A stretch of DNA of 64,000 nt from an uncultured Actinomycetota bacterium (lineage in GTDB: Bacteria > Actinomycetota > Actinomycetes > CAVWCF01). The DNA lies in NCBI GenBank assembly GCA_963697565.1, contig CAVOOM010000008.1, positions 24,965 through 88,964 of the forward strand. Reading direction: 5' to 3'. The translations under genes and the position numbers were made by a program. Position 1 is the first letter of the stretch. The number at the start of each line of letters is the position of its first letter. The notes beneath the pieces are model-generated. The model was not told the DNA's origin, ran no database searches, and saw only the letters and a program-made list of their open reading frames with translations. Of this stretch, positions 36,169 through 45,695 are shown piece by piece.

Positions 36169-37200
36169 GTCGCCTCCCAGCCGGTCCCGGATCACGGCGG
36201 CCGGGCGCCGCAGCACCTCGACCCAGCGGCCGCGCGCGCCCCGGTCCTGCCCGGCCACGCTGGTGCCCGACACCTCGGTGCCGGCGGCGTCGGCGGCGGC
36301 CGCGGCGGCCTCGGCCACCGGCAGCACCCGACCCCGGCGGTACGCGGGCGGCACGACTCGGCGGGCGGCGGCCTCCGGCTCGGCGCCGTACTCGGGCAGC
36401 GCCGCGCCCATCGCCGCAGCGACGCTGGGCAACAGCACCGCGGCGAGGCGCGCGTAGCCCTCGCTCGACGGGTGGAAGCGGTCGGCGCTGAACATCGCCT
36501 CGGCCTTGGCGTCGAACTCGGTGCCGAGCAGGTCGCCCAGGCTGACCGTGCGGCCGCCGGCCTCCACGACCGCCACCGTCTGCGCGGCGGCGAGCTGGCG
36601 TGACCAGGTGCGCCCCACCCAGCGCAGCGGGTGGGGGACCGGGCGGATCGTGCCGAGGTCGGGAGCCGTGCCGACCACCACCTGGCAGCCGAGCCCGTGC
36701 AGCCGGCGCACCGCCTGGTCGAGGTGGCGGACGGCCACCGCGGGCAGGACCACGTGCGTCACGTCGTTGGCGCCGATCATGATCGTGGCGACCTCGGGGG
36801 CCCACTCCGAGAGCCCCTCGACCTGGGCGTCGAGGTCGCTGGAGACGGCGCCCACCACGGCGGCGCTGCGCAGCTCGACGGGCCGCCCCGTCAGCGCGGC
36901 CAGCCCCTGCGCGATGAGCGACCCCGGGGTGTGCAGCGGGTGGTCGGCGCCGAGGCCGGCGGCGCTCGAGTCGCCCAGCATCGCGTACCTGATCGGGGGG
37001 CCGGCCGGCGCGGAGCCCGCCTCGGGGGCGTAGACGCCGTCGGCCTCGTGCGGGTCGGTGGTGGGCAGCCCGATCGCCCGGCGCGCCCATTGCGCCTCGG
37101 CGACGAGCACCCCGACGAACCCCGCCGTGGCCGCGCCGAGGCCGCCCCCGCCGTACGCGGCGGCGGTCGCCAGCTTGCGTGCCCGAGAGGCCCTGCCCAT
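36112..37200 (-). CDS. SGNH/GDSL family hydrolase with an N-terminal membrane anchor
   Basis: Likely start MGRASRARK at 37200. Blocks AMLGDSSAAGLG (GDS), IMIGANDV (GxND) and DRFHPS (DxxH). Confidence 0.75.
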   Translation of the reverse strand: MGRASRARKLATAAAYGGGGLGAATAGFVGVLVAEAQWARRAIGLPTTDPHEADGVYAPEAGSAPAGPPIRYAMLGDSSAAGLGADHPLHTPGSLIAQGLAALTGRPVELRSAAVVGAVSSDLDAQVEGLSEWAPEVATIMIGANDVTHVVLPAVAVRHLDQAVRRLHGLGCQVVVGTAPDLGTIRPVPHPLRWVGRTWSRQLAAAQTVAVVEAGGRTVSLGDLLGTEFDAKAEAMFSADRFHPSSEGYARLAAVLLPSVAAAMGAALPEYGAEPEAAARRVVPPAYRRGRVLPVAEAAAAAADAAGTEVSGTSVAGQDRGARGRWVEVLRRPAAVIRDRLGGDSEQGGELADVGDGLRQDG

Positions 37201-37259
37201 ACGCACGACTGTAAGTCCTCCTGTCGCCCCCACCGCGAGCCCGGCCCTACGGTGGGGGG

Positions 37260-38627
37260 ATGCAGGTCCACGATTCGGTGGTCGACCTCGTCGGCCACAC
37301 GCCCCTCGTCCGCCTCCACGCCCTGACCGAGGGGATCGAGGGGCAGGTGCTCGCCAAGGTCGAGTACCTCAACCCCGGCGGCTCGGTGAAGGACCGGATC
37401 GCGCTCAAGATGGTCGAGGCCGCCGAGCGCGACGGCCTGCTCCAGCCGGGCGGCACGATCGTCGAGCCGACCTCCGGCAACACCGGCGTCGGACTCGCGC
37501 TGGTGGCGCAGCGGCGCGGCTACTCGTGCGTCTTCGTCTGCCCCGACAAGGTCAGCCAGGACAAGATCAACGTGCTGCGCGCGTACGGCGCGCGGGTCGA
37601 GGTGTGCCCCACGGCGGTCGACCCGGAGGACCCGCGCTCGTACTACCAGGTGTCGGACCGGCTGGCCCGCGAGATCCCCGGGGCGTGGAAGCCCGACCAG
37701 TACTCCAACCCGAACAACCCGCTGTCGCACTACGAGACGACCGGGCCGGAGCTGTGGGAGCAGACCGAGGGCCGGATCACGCACTTCGTCGCGGGCGTCG
37801 GCACCGGCGGCACGATCACCGGCGCCGGGCGCTACCTCAAGGAGGTCTCCGGCGGCGCGGTCCAGGTGATCGGGGCCGACCCGGTCGGGTCGGTCTACAG
37901 CGGCGGGACCGGCCGGCCGTACCTCGTCGAGGGCGTCGGCGAGGACTTCTGGCCGACGACGTACGACCGGGACGTCTGCGACCAGATCATCGCGGTGAGC
38001 GACCGCGACTCGTTCCTCACCACCCGGCGGCTGGCCCGCGAGGAGGGCTTGCTGGTCGGCGGCTCCTGCGGCATGGCGACCTGGGCGGCGCTCGAGGTGG
38101 CGCGGGCGGCCGGGCCGGAGGCTGTCGTCGTCGTGCTGCTGCCGGACGGCGGGCGCGGCTACCTGTCCAAGGTGTTCAGCGACGAGTGGATGGCCGACTA
38201 CGGGTTCCTGCGCACCGACGAGGGGCGCACGGTGGGCGACGTGCTGCGCGGCAAGTCCGGCACCGACCTGCCCGCGCTCGTGCACACCCACCCGCACGAG
38301 ACGGTGCGCGAGGCCATCGACATCCTGCGCGCGTACGGCGTCTCGCAGCTGCCGGTGGTCAAGGCCGAGCCGCCGGTGATGGCCGCCGAGGTCGTCGGCT
38401 CCGTCGTCGAGCGCGACCTGCTCGACGCGCTCTTCGCCGGGCGGGCGGAGCTGGCCGACCCGATCGAGCGGCACATGTCCCCGATGCTGCCGATGATCGG
38501 CGCCGGCGAGCCCGTCTCGGCCGCCGTGGCGGCCCTGGAGTCGGCCGACGCCGCGATCGTCGTCGACGACGGCCGGCCGACCGGGGTCATCACGCGCCAG
38601 GACGTGCTGGCCCACCTCGCGCGCTGA
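37260..38627 (+). CDS. cbs: Cystathionine beta-synthase (PLP fold type II plus C-terminal CBS pair)
   Basis: Intact 455-aa ORF. EYLNPGGSVKDR (PLP lysine), PTSGNTGVGLA, GVGTGGTITG. The C-terminal CBS-domain pair contains AYGVSQLPVV. Confidence 0.9.
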   Translation: MQVHDSVVDLVGHTPLVRLHALTEGIEGQVLAKVEYLNPGGSVKDRIALKMVEAAERDGLLQPGGTIVEPTSGNTGVGLALVAQRRGYSCVFVCPDKVSQDKINVLRAYGARVEVCPTAVDPEDPRSYYQVSDRLAREIPGAWKPDQYSNPNNPLSHYETTGPELWEQTEGRITHFVAGVGTGGTITGAGRYLKEVSGGAVQVIGADPVGSVYSGGTGRPYLVEGVGEDFWPTTYDRDVCDQIIAVSDRDSFLTTRRLAREEGLLVGGSCGMATWAALEVARAAGPEAVVVVLLPDGGRGYLSKVFSDEWMADYGFLRTDEGRTVGDVLRGKSGTDLPALVHTHPHETVREAIDILRAYGVSQLPVVKAEPPVMAAEVVGSVVERDLLDALFAGRAELADPIERHMSPMLPMIGAGEPVSAAVAALESADAAIVVDDGRPTGVITRQDVLAHLAR

Positions 38628-38637
38628 CTTCGCTGGG

Positions 38638-39375
38638 TCAGCCCTTGGTGATCACGTAGCCGGTGTAGGCGTACTCCTCCGCGCAGCGGCGGCGCACCTC
38701 GATCTCGTGGAGCTCGGCCGCGGCCATCGCCCGCTCCTCCTCGTTGGCCGGGGCGAAGGCGCGGATCCGCGCCTCAAGCGGCGTGTAGTACTCGTCCCAC
38801 CAGTCGGACTCGGGCAGCTGGTACGTCGCGCGCAGGGTCACGCCGCGGGACTCGATGGCCCGGACGTTCTCGGCGGTGGTCCGCATCCGCGGGTACTCCG
38901 TCCAGAAGGCGAGCGCCTCCATCGACGGCGACTCGGTCACCCACTCGCACTCGGTGAGGACCAGGGTGCCGCCGTCGCGCAGGAGCGGCAGCCAGCCGCG
39001 CAGCGCGGCGTCGAAGCCGATCACATACGCGGCCCCCTCCGACCAGATCAGGTCCACGCTGCCGGCAGGGTAGGTCGAGCGCGTCCATCGAGGCCAGCCG
39101 CGGGGTGATCCGCTCGGCGAGGCCCTGCTCGGCCGCGCTCCCGCTCCAGCTCGCGCGAGGAACTCGGCGCTGGTGTCGACCGCGGTGACGTGGAGCCCGG
39201 TCCGCTCGGCGAGCACCAGGCTGGCGCGGCCCGGTCCGCAGCCGAGATCGAGCGCCTCGCCGGCCGTCGGCAGCGGGTCCGCGAGGGACAGCAGCCGCCG
39301 GGTGGTCGCATCGGAGCCTGGCGCCTGGCGGGGAAGCCCCCGGTGCAGGTGCCAGAAGGTCTCGGTGGCGTCCAT
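38638..39375 (-). CDS. Class I SAM-dependent methyltransferase; three frame breaks as assembled
   Basis: ATG 39375 after GGAGGGG. Motif I ALDLGCGPGRASLVLA. The stretch FLA|ELERER|AEQGLAERITPRLASMDALDL|PAGSVDLIWSEGA needs single extra bases near 39150, 39131 and 39072. Confidence 0.75.
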   Translation of the reverse strand: MDATETFWHLHRGLPRQAPGSDATTRRLLSLADPLPTAGEALDLGCGPGRASLVLAERTGLHVTAVDTSAEFLARAGAGARPSRASPSGSPRGWPRWTRSTYPAGSVDLIWSEGAAYVIGFDAALRGWLPLLRDGGTLVLTECEWVTESPSMEALAFWTEYPRMRTTAENVRAIESRGVTLRATYQLPESDWWDEYYTPLEARIRAFAPANEEERAMAAAELHEIEVRRRCAEEYAYTGYVITKG

Positions 39376-39392
39376 CGCGCCCCTCCGTTCAC

Positions 39393-40200
39393 TCAGAAGG
39401 CGGGGGGGCGGCGCTCGAGGAAGGCCGCCGTCCCCTCGCGGTGGTCGGCGGACTGCAGGGACTCGCGGACCAGCGCTGTCGCCGCCGAGGCGACCTGCGC
39501 CTCGTCGGGCCGCCGGCCCGCCGCGGCCCACCGGATGGTCGAGCGCATCCCGCGGACGGCCACCGGCGAGGCGGCGGCGAGCTCGCCCACCAGCGCGTCG
39601 GTGGCGGCCGGGAGGTCGGCCCGTGGCACGCAGACGTCGACCAGGCCCGCGCGCACGGCCCATGCCGCGTCGAAGCGGGCCCCCGTCAGCAGCATCCGCC
39701 GGGCGGCCGAGGGGCCGATGAGCTGCACGAGGGCCAGGGTGTCGGCGTACGGGTAGACGAGCCCGAGCCGAGCCGGGGTGATCGCGAACACCGAGTCGTC
39801 TGAGCAGACCCGCAGGTCGCAGGCGACCGCGAGCCCGGCCCCGCCGCCGACGCACGCGCCGGCGATGACGGCGACGGTGGGCAGCGCGCTGTCGCGTACG
39901 GCGTCGAGGGCCCGGGTCACGCGGTCGTGGTTGCCCAGGCCCCACTCGGCGTCGTCGGCGTGGGCGCGGTACTCCTCGAGGTCGGCGCCGGCCGAGAACG
40001 CGCGCTCGGCGGCCGACCGGACCACGAGCACGCGGGCGCCGGCTGCGGCCATCGCCCCGGCCTGCTCGACGAGGGCCGGCAGCCCCTCCCACATCTCCTC
40101 GGTGAAGGCGTTGGCCCGTTCGGCCCGGTTGAGGATCAGCGAGACGACGTGGTCGGTCGCGCTCCAGGCGCAGCGGCGGGTGCGTCGGGTCTGCGGTCAC
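39393..40200 (-). CDS. Enoyl-CoA hydratase/isomerase family protein; one frame break as assembled
   Basis: GTG 40200; break near 40155. [48 protein letters not shown]. Confidence 0.8.
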
Positions 40201-40225
40201 CGCGTCGAGCGTACGGCGGCTTCCG

Positions 40226-40872
40226 TCAGATCGGGCAGGTGACGCCGGTGCCGCCGAGGCCGCAATAGCCGTTGGGGACCTTGTAGAGGTACTGCTGGTG
40301 GTAGTCCTCGGCGTAGTAGAAGGCCCGGCCCTCGGCGGCGGCCACCTCGGTCGTCACCGAGCCGTACCCGCGGGCGTCGAGCGCCGGCTGGTAGGCGCGC
40401 ACCAGCTCCTCGGCGGTGGCCTGCTGGTCGGCGGTCGTCCAGTACAGCGCGGAGCGGTACTGCGTCCCGGTGTCGTTGCCCTGGCGGTAGCCCTGGGTCG
40501 GGTCGTGCGCCTCCAGGAAGCGCTTACCAGGGCGCGGTACGAGACCTCGGCCGGGTCGTACACGACCTGCACGGCCTCGGTGTGGCCGGTCATCCCCGAG
40601 CAGACCTCGTCGTAGGTCGGGTGCGGGGTGGCGCCGCCCTGGTAGCCGACGGCGGTGGAGTAGACGCCGGGCGTCTGCCAGAAGACGCGCTCGGCCCCCC
40701 AGAAGCAGCCCAGGGCGAAGTAGGCGACCTCGAGCCCCGCGGGCCAGGGGCCCTCCAGCGGCGTGCCGAGGACGGCGTGCGTGGCCGGGACGGCGTACGG
40801 CCGGGTGGCGCGGCCGGGCAGCGCCTCGTCGGGCGTCACCAGGCGGGTCTTGGCGAACCGGCTGAACAGCAC
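40226..40872 (-). CDS. msrA: Peptide-methionine (S)-S-oxide reductase; one frame break as assembled
   Basis: GTG 40872 after [34 protein letters not shown]. After a break near 40525: [35 protein letters not shown]. Confidence 0.88.
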
Positions 40873-41056
40873 GGGGTCCTCCGGGGCTGGGGATCGAGCG
40901 AGCCAAGGCTGCTTGATCAACGGCGGGGTTGGGGGGTGGGTGTCTGGCTCAACGATGGGGGAGGCTCCGGTGTTCCGCCACCGGTCACCCGGATGGCTCA
41001 ACCCGGCCGGCGCCGCTGCCGATGGCTGTCCTAAGGACTCGGGCCGGTGTGCCCGC

Positions 41057-43104
41057 ATGCGCAGGGGAGGGCGGCAGGTGCCCAGCAGGCGGTTGGTCGC
41101 GGCGGTCGCCGGCGGCGCGCTGCTCGCTGGCTCCGGCGTGCTCGCGGTGCAGGCCGCCGCGCAGGCCGACACCGCCGCCGTCGAGCTCCAGGTCCGCCTG
41201 GCCGCCGCCTCGCGAGACGGTTCGAACCGCGTCGCCCAGGCCCTCGACCAGGCGCGGTTGGCGGCCTCGGTCGTCAGCCGGGTCCCGTCGTTCGCCGCGT
41301 ACGCCGCCCCCGCGGGTGAGGGCGAGACGAAAGCGGAGCAGACGGCCCGCGCGGGTGCGCTCACCGGGGCCACGTACGCCCTGGCCGACCTCCAGCGCGT
41401 CCTGCCCGGACTCGTCGACAGCGCCTCCTATCGGTCCACCGCCGGGCCTGAGTACCTGCGGATCGTCGACGGCGCCCCGTGCCCCCGGCCACCCTGTCCG
41501 TCGACGCCTCCGACGCGCCCTGGCTGGAGTCCGCGGCCCGGCTGCAACCCGGCTCGGTCTACCAGTCGGTGCCGCTGGTCTCGAAGGCGAACGGTCGGGC
41601 CGTGGTGACCACCGCCGTCGTCATCGGGGCCCCGGGCAGCAAGCGCGGCACGTCGGTCGTGGCGCTCGACACCCCGCTGACCCAGCTCCTCCAGCAGCTC
41701 GGCGGCGCGGAGGCCGATCTGGCCGTTCGGGTCGTCGACGCGTACTCCGGCCGCGAGCTGATCAGCCCCGAGGGCGTCTACACCCTGGCCGAGGCCCCGC
41801 CGGCGGCCCCCGAGCTGCTGGCCGCCCTGCGCCGAGGCGCCGACTCTGGCTCGCTCAGCCTCGACGGCCAGCGGTCCTCGTTCGCCCGCCTCACCGAGGA
41901 GTCGACCTTCCGCGGGGCCGACGACAACGACTGGTTCGTCGTCGGCACCGCCCCCGATGTCCCGGTGGGATGGCGGGCGCAGCCCCCGCTGGTCCTGGCC
42001 ATGCTCGCTGCGGCGGTGCTCCTGCTGGGATTCGCCCTGCTCGGCTGGATCCGGCGGCTGCGCCGGGACGCGGCCGCGCACACCGAGGCCAAGGCCGAGC
42101 GCGACGCGCTACAGGAGCGGATCGAGGCGATCTCCGGCGCCCTCGGCGAGGCCGCCCAGGGCAACCTCGCGGTCCGGGTGCCCGTCGACGGGCTGGCGGA
42201 CGCGACGCTGCTGACGTTGGCCGGCGGGTTCGACGACACGCTGGCCAGGCTGCGCGACCTGGTCGCCGAGGCCCAGCAGAACGGAGCCCTGCTCTCGCAG
42301 GCCTCCACCGAGCTGCGGGTCACCGCCACCCAGCAGGCTGCCGCCGCCCAGCAGCAGTCGTCGGCGGTGGCCGAGACCTCCGCGACCATCGAGGAGCTGG
42401 CCGCGACGGCGGCGCAGATCGCGCACACCTCCGAGGCGGTCGCCCGGGCGGCCGACCAGACGCTGCGGCTCACCGAGGACGGCCGGGATGCGGTGTCGGC
42501 GTCGGTGGCGGCGATGGACGCGATCGCATCGAGGGTGGACTCGATCGCGGCGCGGGCGCTGTCGCTGGGGGAGAAGTCGCAGCAGATCGGGCGGATCCTC
42601 GAGGTGATCGACGATCTGGCGGACCAGACGAACCTGCTGGCGTTGAACGCGGCGATCGAGGCGGCGCGGGCGGGGGAGCACGGGCGGGGGTTCGCGGTGG
42701 TGGCCAGCGAGGTGCGCAAGCTGGCGGAGCGCTCGCAGGAGTCGGCGGGGCGGATCCAGACGATCGTGGCGGAGATCCAGACCGAGACGAACGCGACGAT
42801 CCTGGCCAGCGAGGACGGCGCCCGCGAGGTGCACGAGGGGACCCGGCTGGCCCGGGGCGCGGCGGACTCCTTGGACCGCATCGCCGAGATGGTGGACGAG
42901 ACGACGGTCGCCTCGCGCGAGATCTCGATCGCCACCCAGCAGCAGCGCTCGGCCTCCGAGCAGGTGGTGACCGCGATGGCCCAGGTCTCCGATGTGTCGC
43001 GGCAGTACGCCGCGGGCTCGCAGCAGGCGGCAGACTCGGCCGACGAGCTGGCCGGGCTGGCCGGGCGGATGACCCGGTCGGTCAGCGCGTTCTCCACCCG
43101 CTGA
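41057..43104 (+). CDS. Methyl-accepting chemotaxis protein with a periplasmic Cache-like sensor; one frame break as assembled
   Basis: ATG 41057, signal/[21 protein letters not shown]. Break near 41478. Second [23 protein letters not shown], then a HAMP-like segment. Signalling core [37 protein letters not shown]. Confidence 0.85.
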
Positions 43105-43147
43105 GCCGGCCACCGCCGCCGGTCCCGTCCGCCCGTACGCTGCGGGG

Positions 43148-44287
43148 ATGACCGGATTCGAGACGCTCGCCATCCACGCAGGGCAGGAGCCGGACCCGAC
43201 GACGGGAGCCGTGGTCCCGCCGATCTACCAGGTGTCGACCTACAAGCAGGACGGCGTGGGCGGGCTGCGCGGCGGGTACGAGTACTCGCGCTCCGGCAAC
43301 CCCACCCGCACGGCCCTGGAGGAGTGCCTGGCCGCGCTCGAGGGCGGGGTGCGCGGCCTCGCGTTCGCCTCGGGGCTGGCCGCCGAGGACACCCTGCTGC
43401 GCACCGTGTGCGGCCCTGGCGACCACGTGGTGATCCCCGACGACGCCTACGGCGGCACGTACCGGCTGTTTGCCCAGGTCCTGCAGCGGTGGGGCCTCGA
43501 CCACACCCCCGCCCGGCTCTCCGACCCCGCGGCGGTGGCGGCGGCGGTCCGCCCGGGCCAAACAAAGGTCGTGTGGGTCGAGACGCCCACCAACCCGCTG
43601 CTGGGGATCGCCGACATCGCCGCGCTCGCCGAGGTCGCTCGGGCCGCGGGCGCCCTGCTGGTCGTGGACAACACCTTCGCCTCGCCCTATCTGCAGCAGC
43701 CGCTGGCGCTCGGCGCCGACGTCGTCGTGCACTCGACCACGAAGTACCTCGGCGGTCACAGCGATGTGATCGGCGGGGGGCTGGTCGCGGCCGACGCCGA
43801 GGTGGCCGAGCGGCTGGCCTACCACCAGAACGCGATGGGCTCCGTCGCCGGGCCGTTCGACTCGTGGCTGGTGATGCGCGGGATCAAGACCCTCGCCGTC
43901 CGAATGGATCGCCACTGCGCTAATGCCGAGCGGGTGGTGGAGCACCTGCTGGGGCACCCGGCGGTCGAGGAGGTGCTCTACCCGGGGCTGCACGGCCACC
44001 CCGGGCATGCCGTCGCCGCGCGCCAGATGCGGGCTTTCGGCGGGATGGTCTCGTTCCGGGTGCGCGGAGGCGAGGACGCCGCGTTGGCGGTGTGTGGCCG
44101 CGCGGAGGTCTTCACGTTGGGCGAGTCGCTCGGCGGAGTCGAGTCGCTGATCGAGCACCCCGGGCGGATGACCCACGCCAGTGTCGCGGGCAGCCCGTTG
44201 GAGGTGCCGGCCGACCTGGTGCGGCTCTCGGTGGGGCTGGAGTCCGTCGAGGACCTGCTGGGCGACCTGGACCTGGCCCTCGGCTGA
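43148..44287 (+). CDS. metB: Cystathionine gamma-synthase/gamma-lyase (Cys/Met-metabolism PLP enzyme)
   Basis: Intact 379-aa ORF. YEYSRSGNPTR, VVDNTFASPYLQQPL, HSTTKYLGGHSDVIGG (PLP lysine). Confidence 0.88.
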   Translation: MTGFETLAIHAGQEPDPTTGAVVPPIYQVSTYKQDGVGGLRGGYEYSRSGNPTRTALEECLAALEGGVRGLAFASGLAAEDTLLRTVCGPGDHVVIPDDAYGGTYRLFAQVLQRWGLDHTPARLSDPAAVAAAVRPGQTKVVWVETPTNPLLGIADIAALAEVARAAGALLVVDNTFASPYLQQPLALGADVVVHSTTKYLGGHSDVIGGGLVAADAEVAERLAYHQNAMGSVAGPFDSWLVMRGIKTLAVRMDRHCANAERVVEHLLGHPAVEEVLYPGLHGHPGHAVAARQMRAFGGMVSFRVRGGEDAALAVCGRAEVFTLGESLGGVESLIEHPGRMTHASVAGSPLEVPADLVRLSVGLESVEDLLGDLDLALG

Positions 44288-44303
44288 GCGAGGTCCGCGA
44301 GCG

Positions 44304-45686
44304 ATGAGTAGCGGTATCAGGCGGCCGGCCGGCCGGCACGCCTGCGTCGACGTCGGGTCGACCTGGACCAAGGCCGCCCTGGTCGGCCCAGAGGGCGACC
44401 TGCTCGGCACCGGGGCGCACCCGACCACGTTGGCCGACGACGTGATGCGCGGGGTACGGGCCGCCGTGGCCGAGGCCGGGGGCGACGGCCGCGACGCGCT
44501 GCGGATCTGCTCCAGCGCCGGGGGCGGGCTGCGGTTGGCGGTGGTCGGGTACGAGCGCGCGGTGACCGCCGAGGCCGGTCGGCGGGTCGGGCTGTCGGCG
44601 GGCGCCCGCGTGCACCACGTCGCCTCCGGGCGGCTGGACGACGAGGCGCTGGACGACCTGCTGGCGGCCGGCCCCGACGTGGTGCTGCTGGCCGGCGGGA
44701 CGGATGGCGGCGACGCCGAGGTGCTGCTCGCCAACGCGGCCGCCCTCGCCGGCCGGCGGTGCCCGGTGCCCGTGGTGCTCGCCGGCAACACCGAGGCGAG
44801 GCAGGAAGCCGAGGCCCTGCTGCGGTCGGGGGGCGTCGACGTCCAGGCCACCGCCAACGTCCTCCCCGCGATCGGCCACCTCGACCCGCGCCCCGCGCGG
44901 GAGGCGATCCGCTCGGTGTTCCTGCGGCATGTGATCGGCGGCAAGCACCTGTCGGTCGACCCGGCCTTCGCCCGCGCGGTCCGCTGCGCGACACCCGACG
45001 CCGTGCTGGCCGGCGTCGAGCTGCTCGCCGACGGGGCGGGCGCCGTCGCCGGCCTCGGCCAGGTGCTCGTCGTGGACGTCGGCGGGGCGACCACCGATGT
45101 GTACTCAGTCGTCGAGCCCGACGCCGAGGAGGGCGCCCTGCACCGTGAGGTCGTGGAGCCGATGTGGCGGGAGCGCACCGTGGAGGGAGACCTCGGCGTG
45201 CGGTGGGGCGCGCCGGGCGTCGCCGAGGCCGCTGAGTCCGAGCGCCTGCTGCAGCCCGGTGAGGCCGGCCCGCTGGCCGAGGCGGCGCGAAACCGGGCGG
45301 CCCAGCCCGAGTGGGTGCCGGCGGCCGACGACGAGGTGGGCCGCGGCGCCGACCAGCGGCTGGGCGTCCTGGCCGGGCTCACCGCGCTGCGCCGCCACGG
45401 AAGGGCCAGCCTGGACGGCGACGTGCGCCGCCCGGCGAAGGACCTGTCGGGTGTGCGGCTCGTGGTGGCGTCCGGAGGGGTGTTCCGGCACCTGCCCGAG
45501 GCCGCGCAGGCCGACGTGCTCGCGACGCTGCTGGACGACGCGGGCGGCGGCTGGCGGCCACCCGAGCGGGCCCGGGCCGTGGTCGACCGCCGCTATGTTC
45601 TGGCGGCCGCCGGGCTGCTTGCCGCGGAGTCGCCCGAGGCCGCGGCCCGCCTGCTGGCCGGGCACCTCACCGCTGCCACGGCCTAG
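44304..45686 (+). CDS. Glutamate mutase L (GlmL/MutL)-like ASKHA-fold ATPase
   Basis: ATG 44304 in ORF 44181..45686. CVDVGSTWTKAALV, LLAGGTDGGDAEVLL, VVDVGGATTDVYSV. Family recalled from motif pattern only. Confidence 0.65.
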   Translation: MSSGIRRPAGRHACVDVGSTWTKAALVGPEGDLLGTGAHPTTLADDVMRGVRAAVAEAGGDGRDALRICSSAGGGLRLAVVGYERAVTAEAGRRVGLSAGARVHHVASGRLDDEALDDLLAAGPDVVLLAGGTDGGDAEVLLANAAALAGRRCPVPVVLAGNTEARQEAEALLRSGGVDVQATANVLPAIGHLDPRPAREAIRSVFLRHVIGGKHLSVDPAFARAVRCATPDAVLAGVELLADGAGAVAGLGQVLVVDVGGATTDVYSVVEPDAEEGALHREVVEPMWRERTVEGDLGVRWGAPGVAEAAESERLLQPGEAGPLAEAARNRAAQPEWVPAADDEVGRGADQRLGVLAGLTALRRHGRASLDGDVRRPAKDLSGVRLVVASGGVFRHLPEAAQADVLATLLDDAGGGWRPPERARAVVDRRYVLAAAGLLAAESPEAAARLLAGHLTAATA

Positions 45687-45695
45687 CATCGGGTC

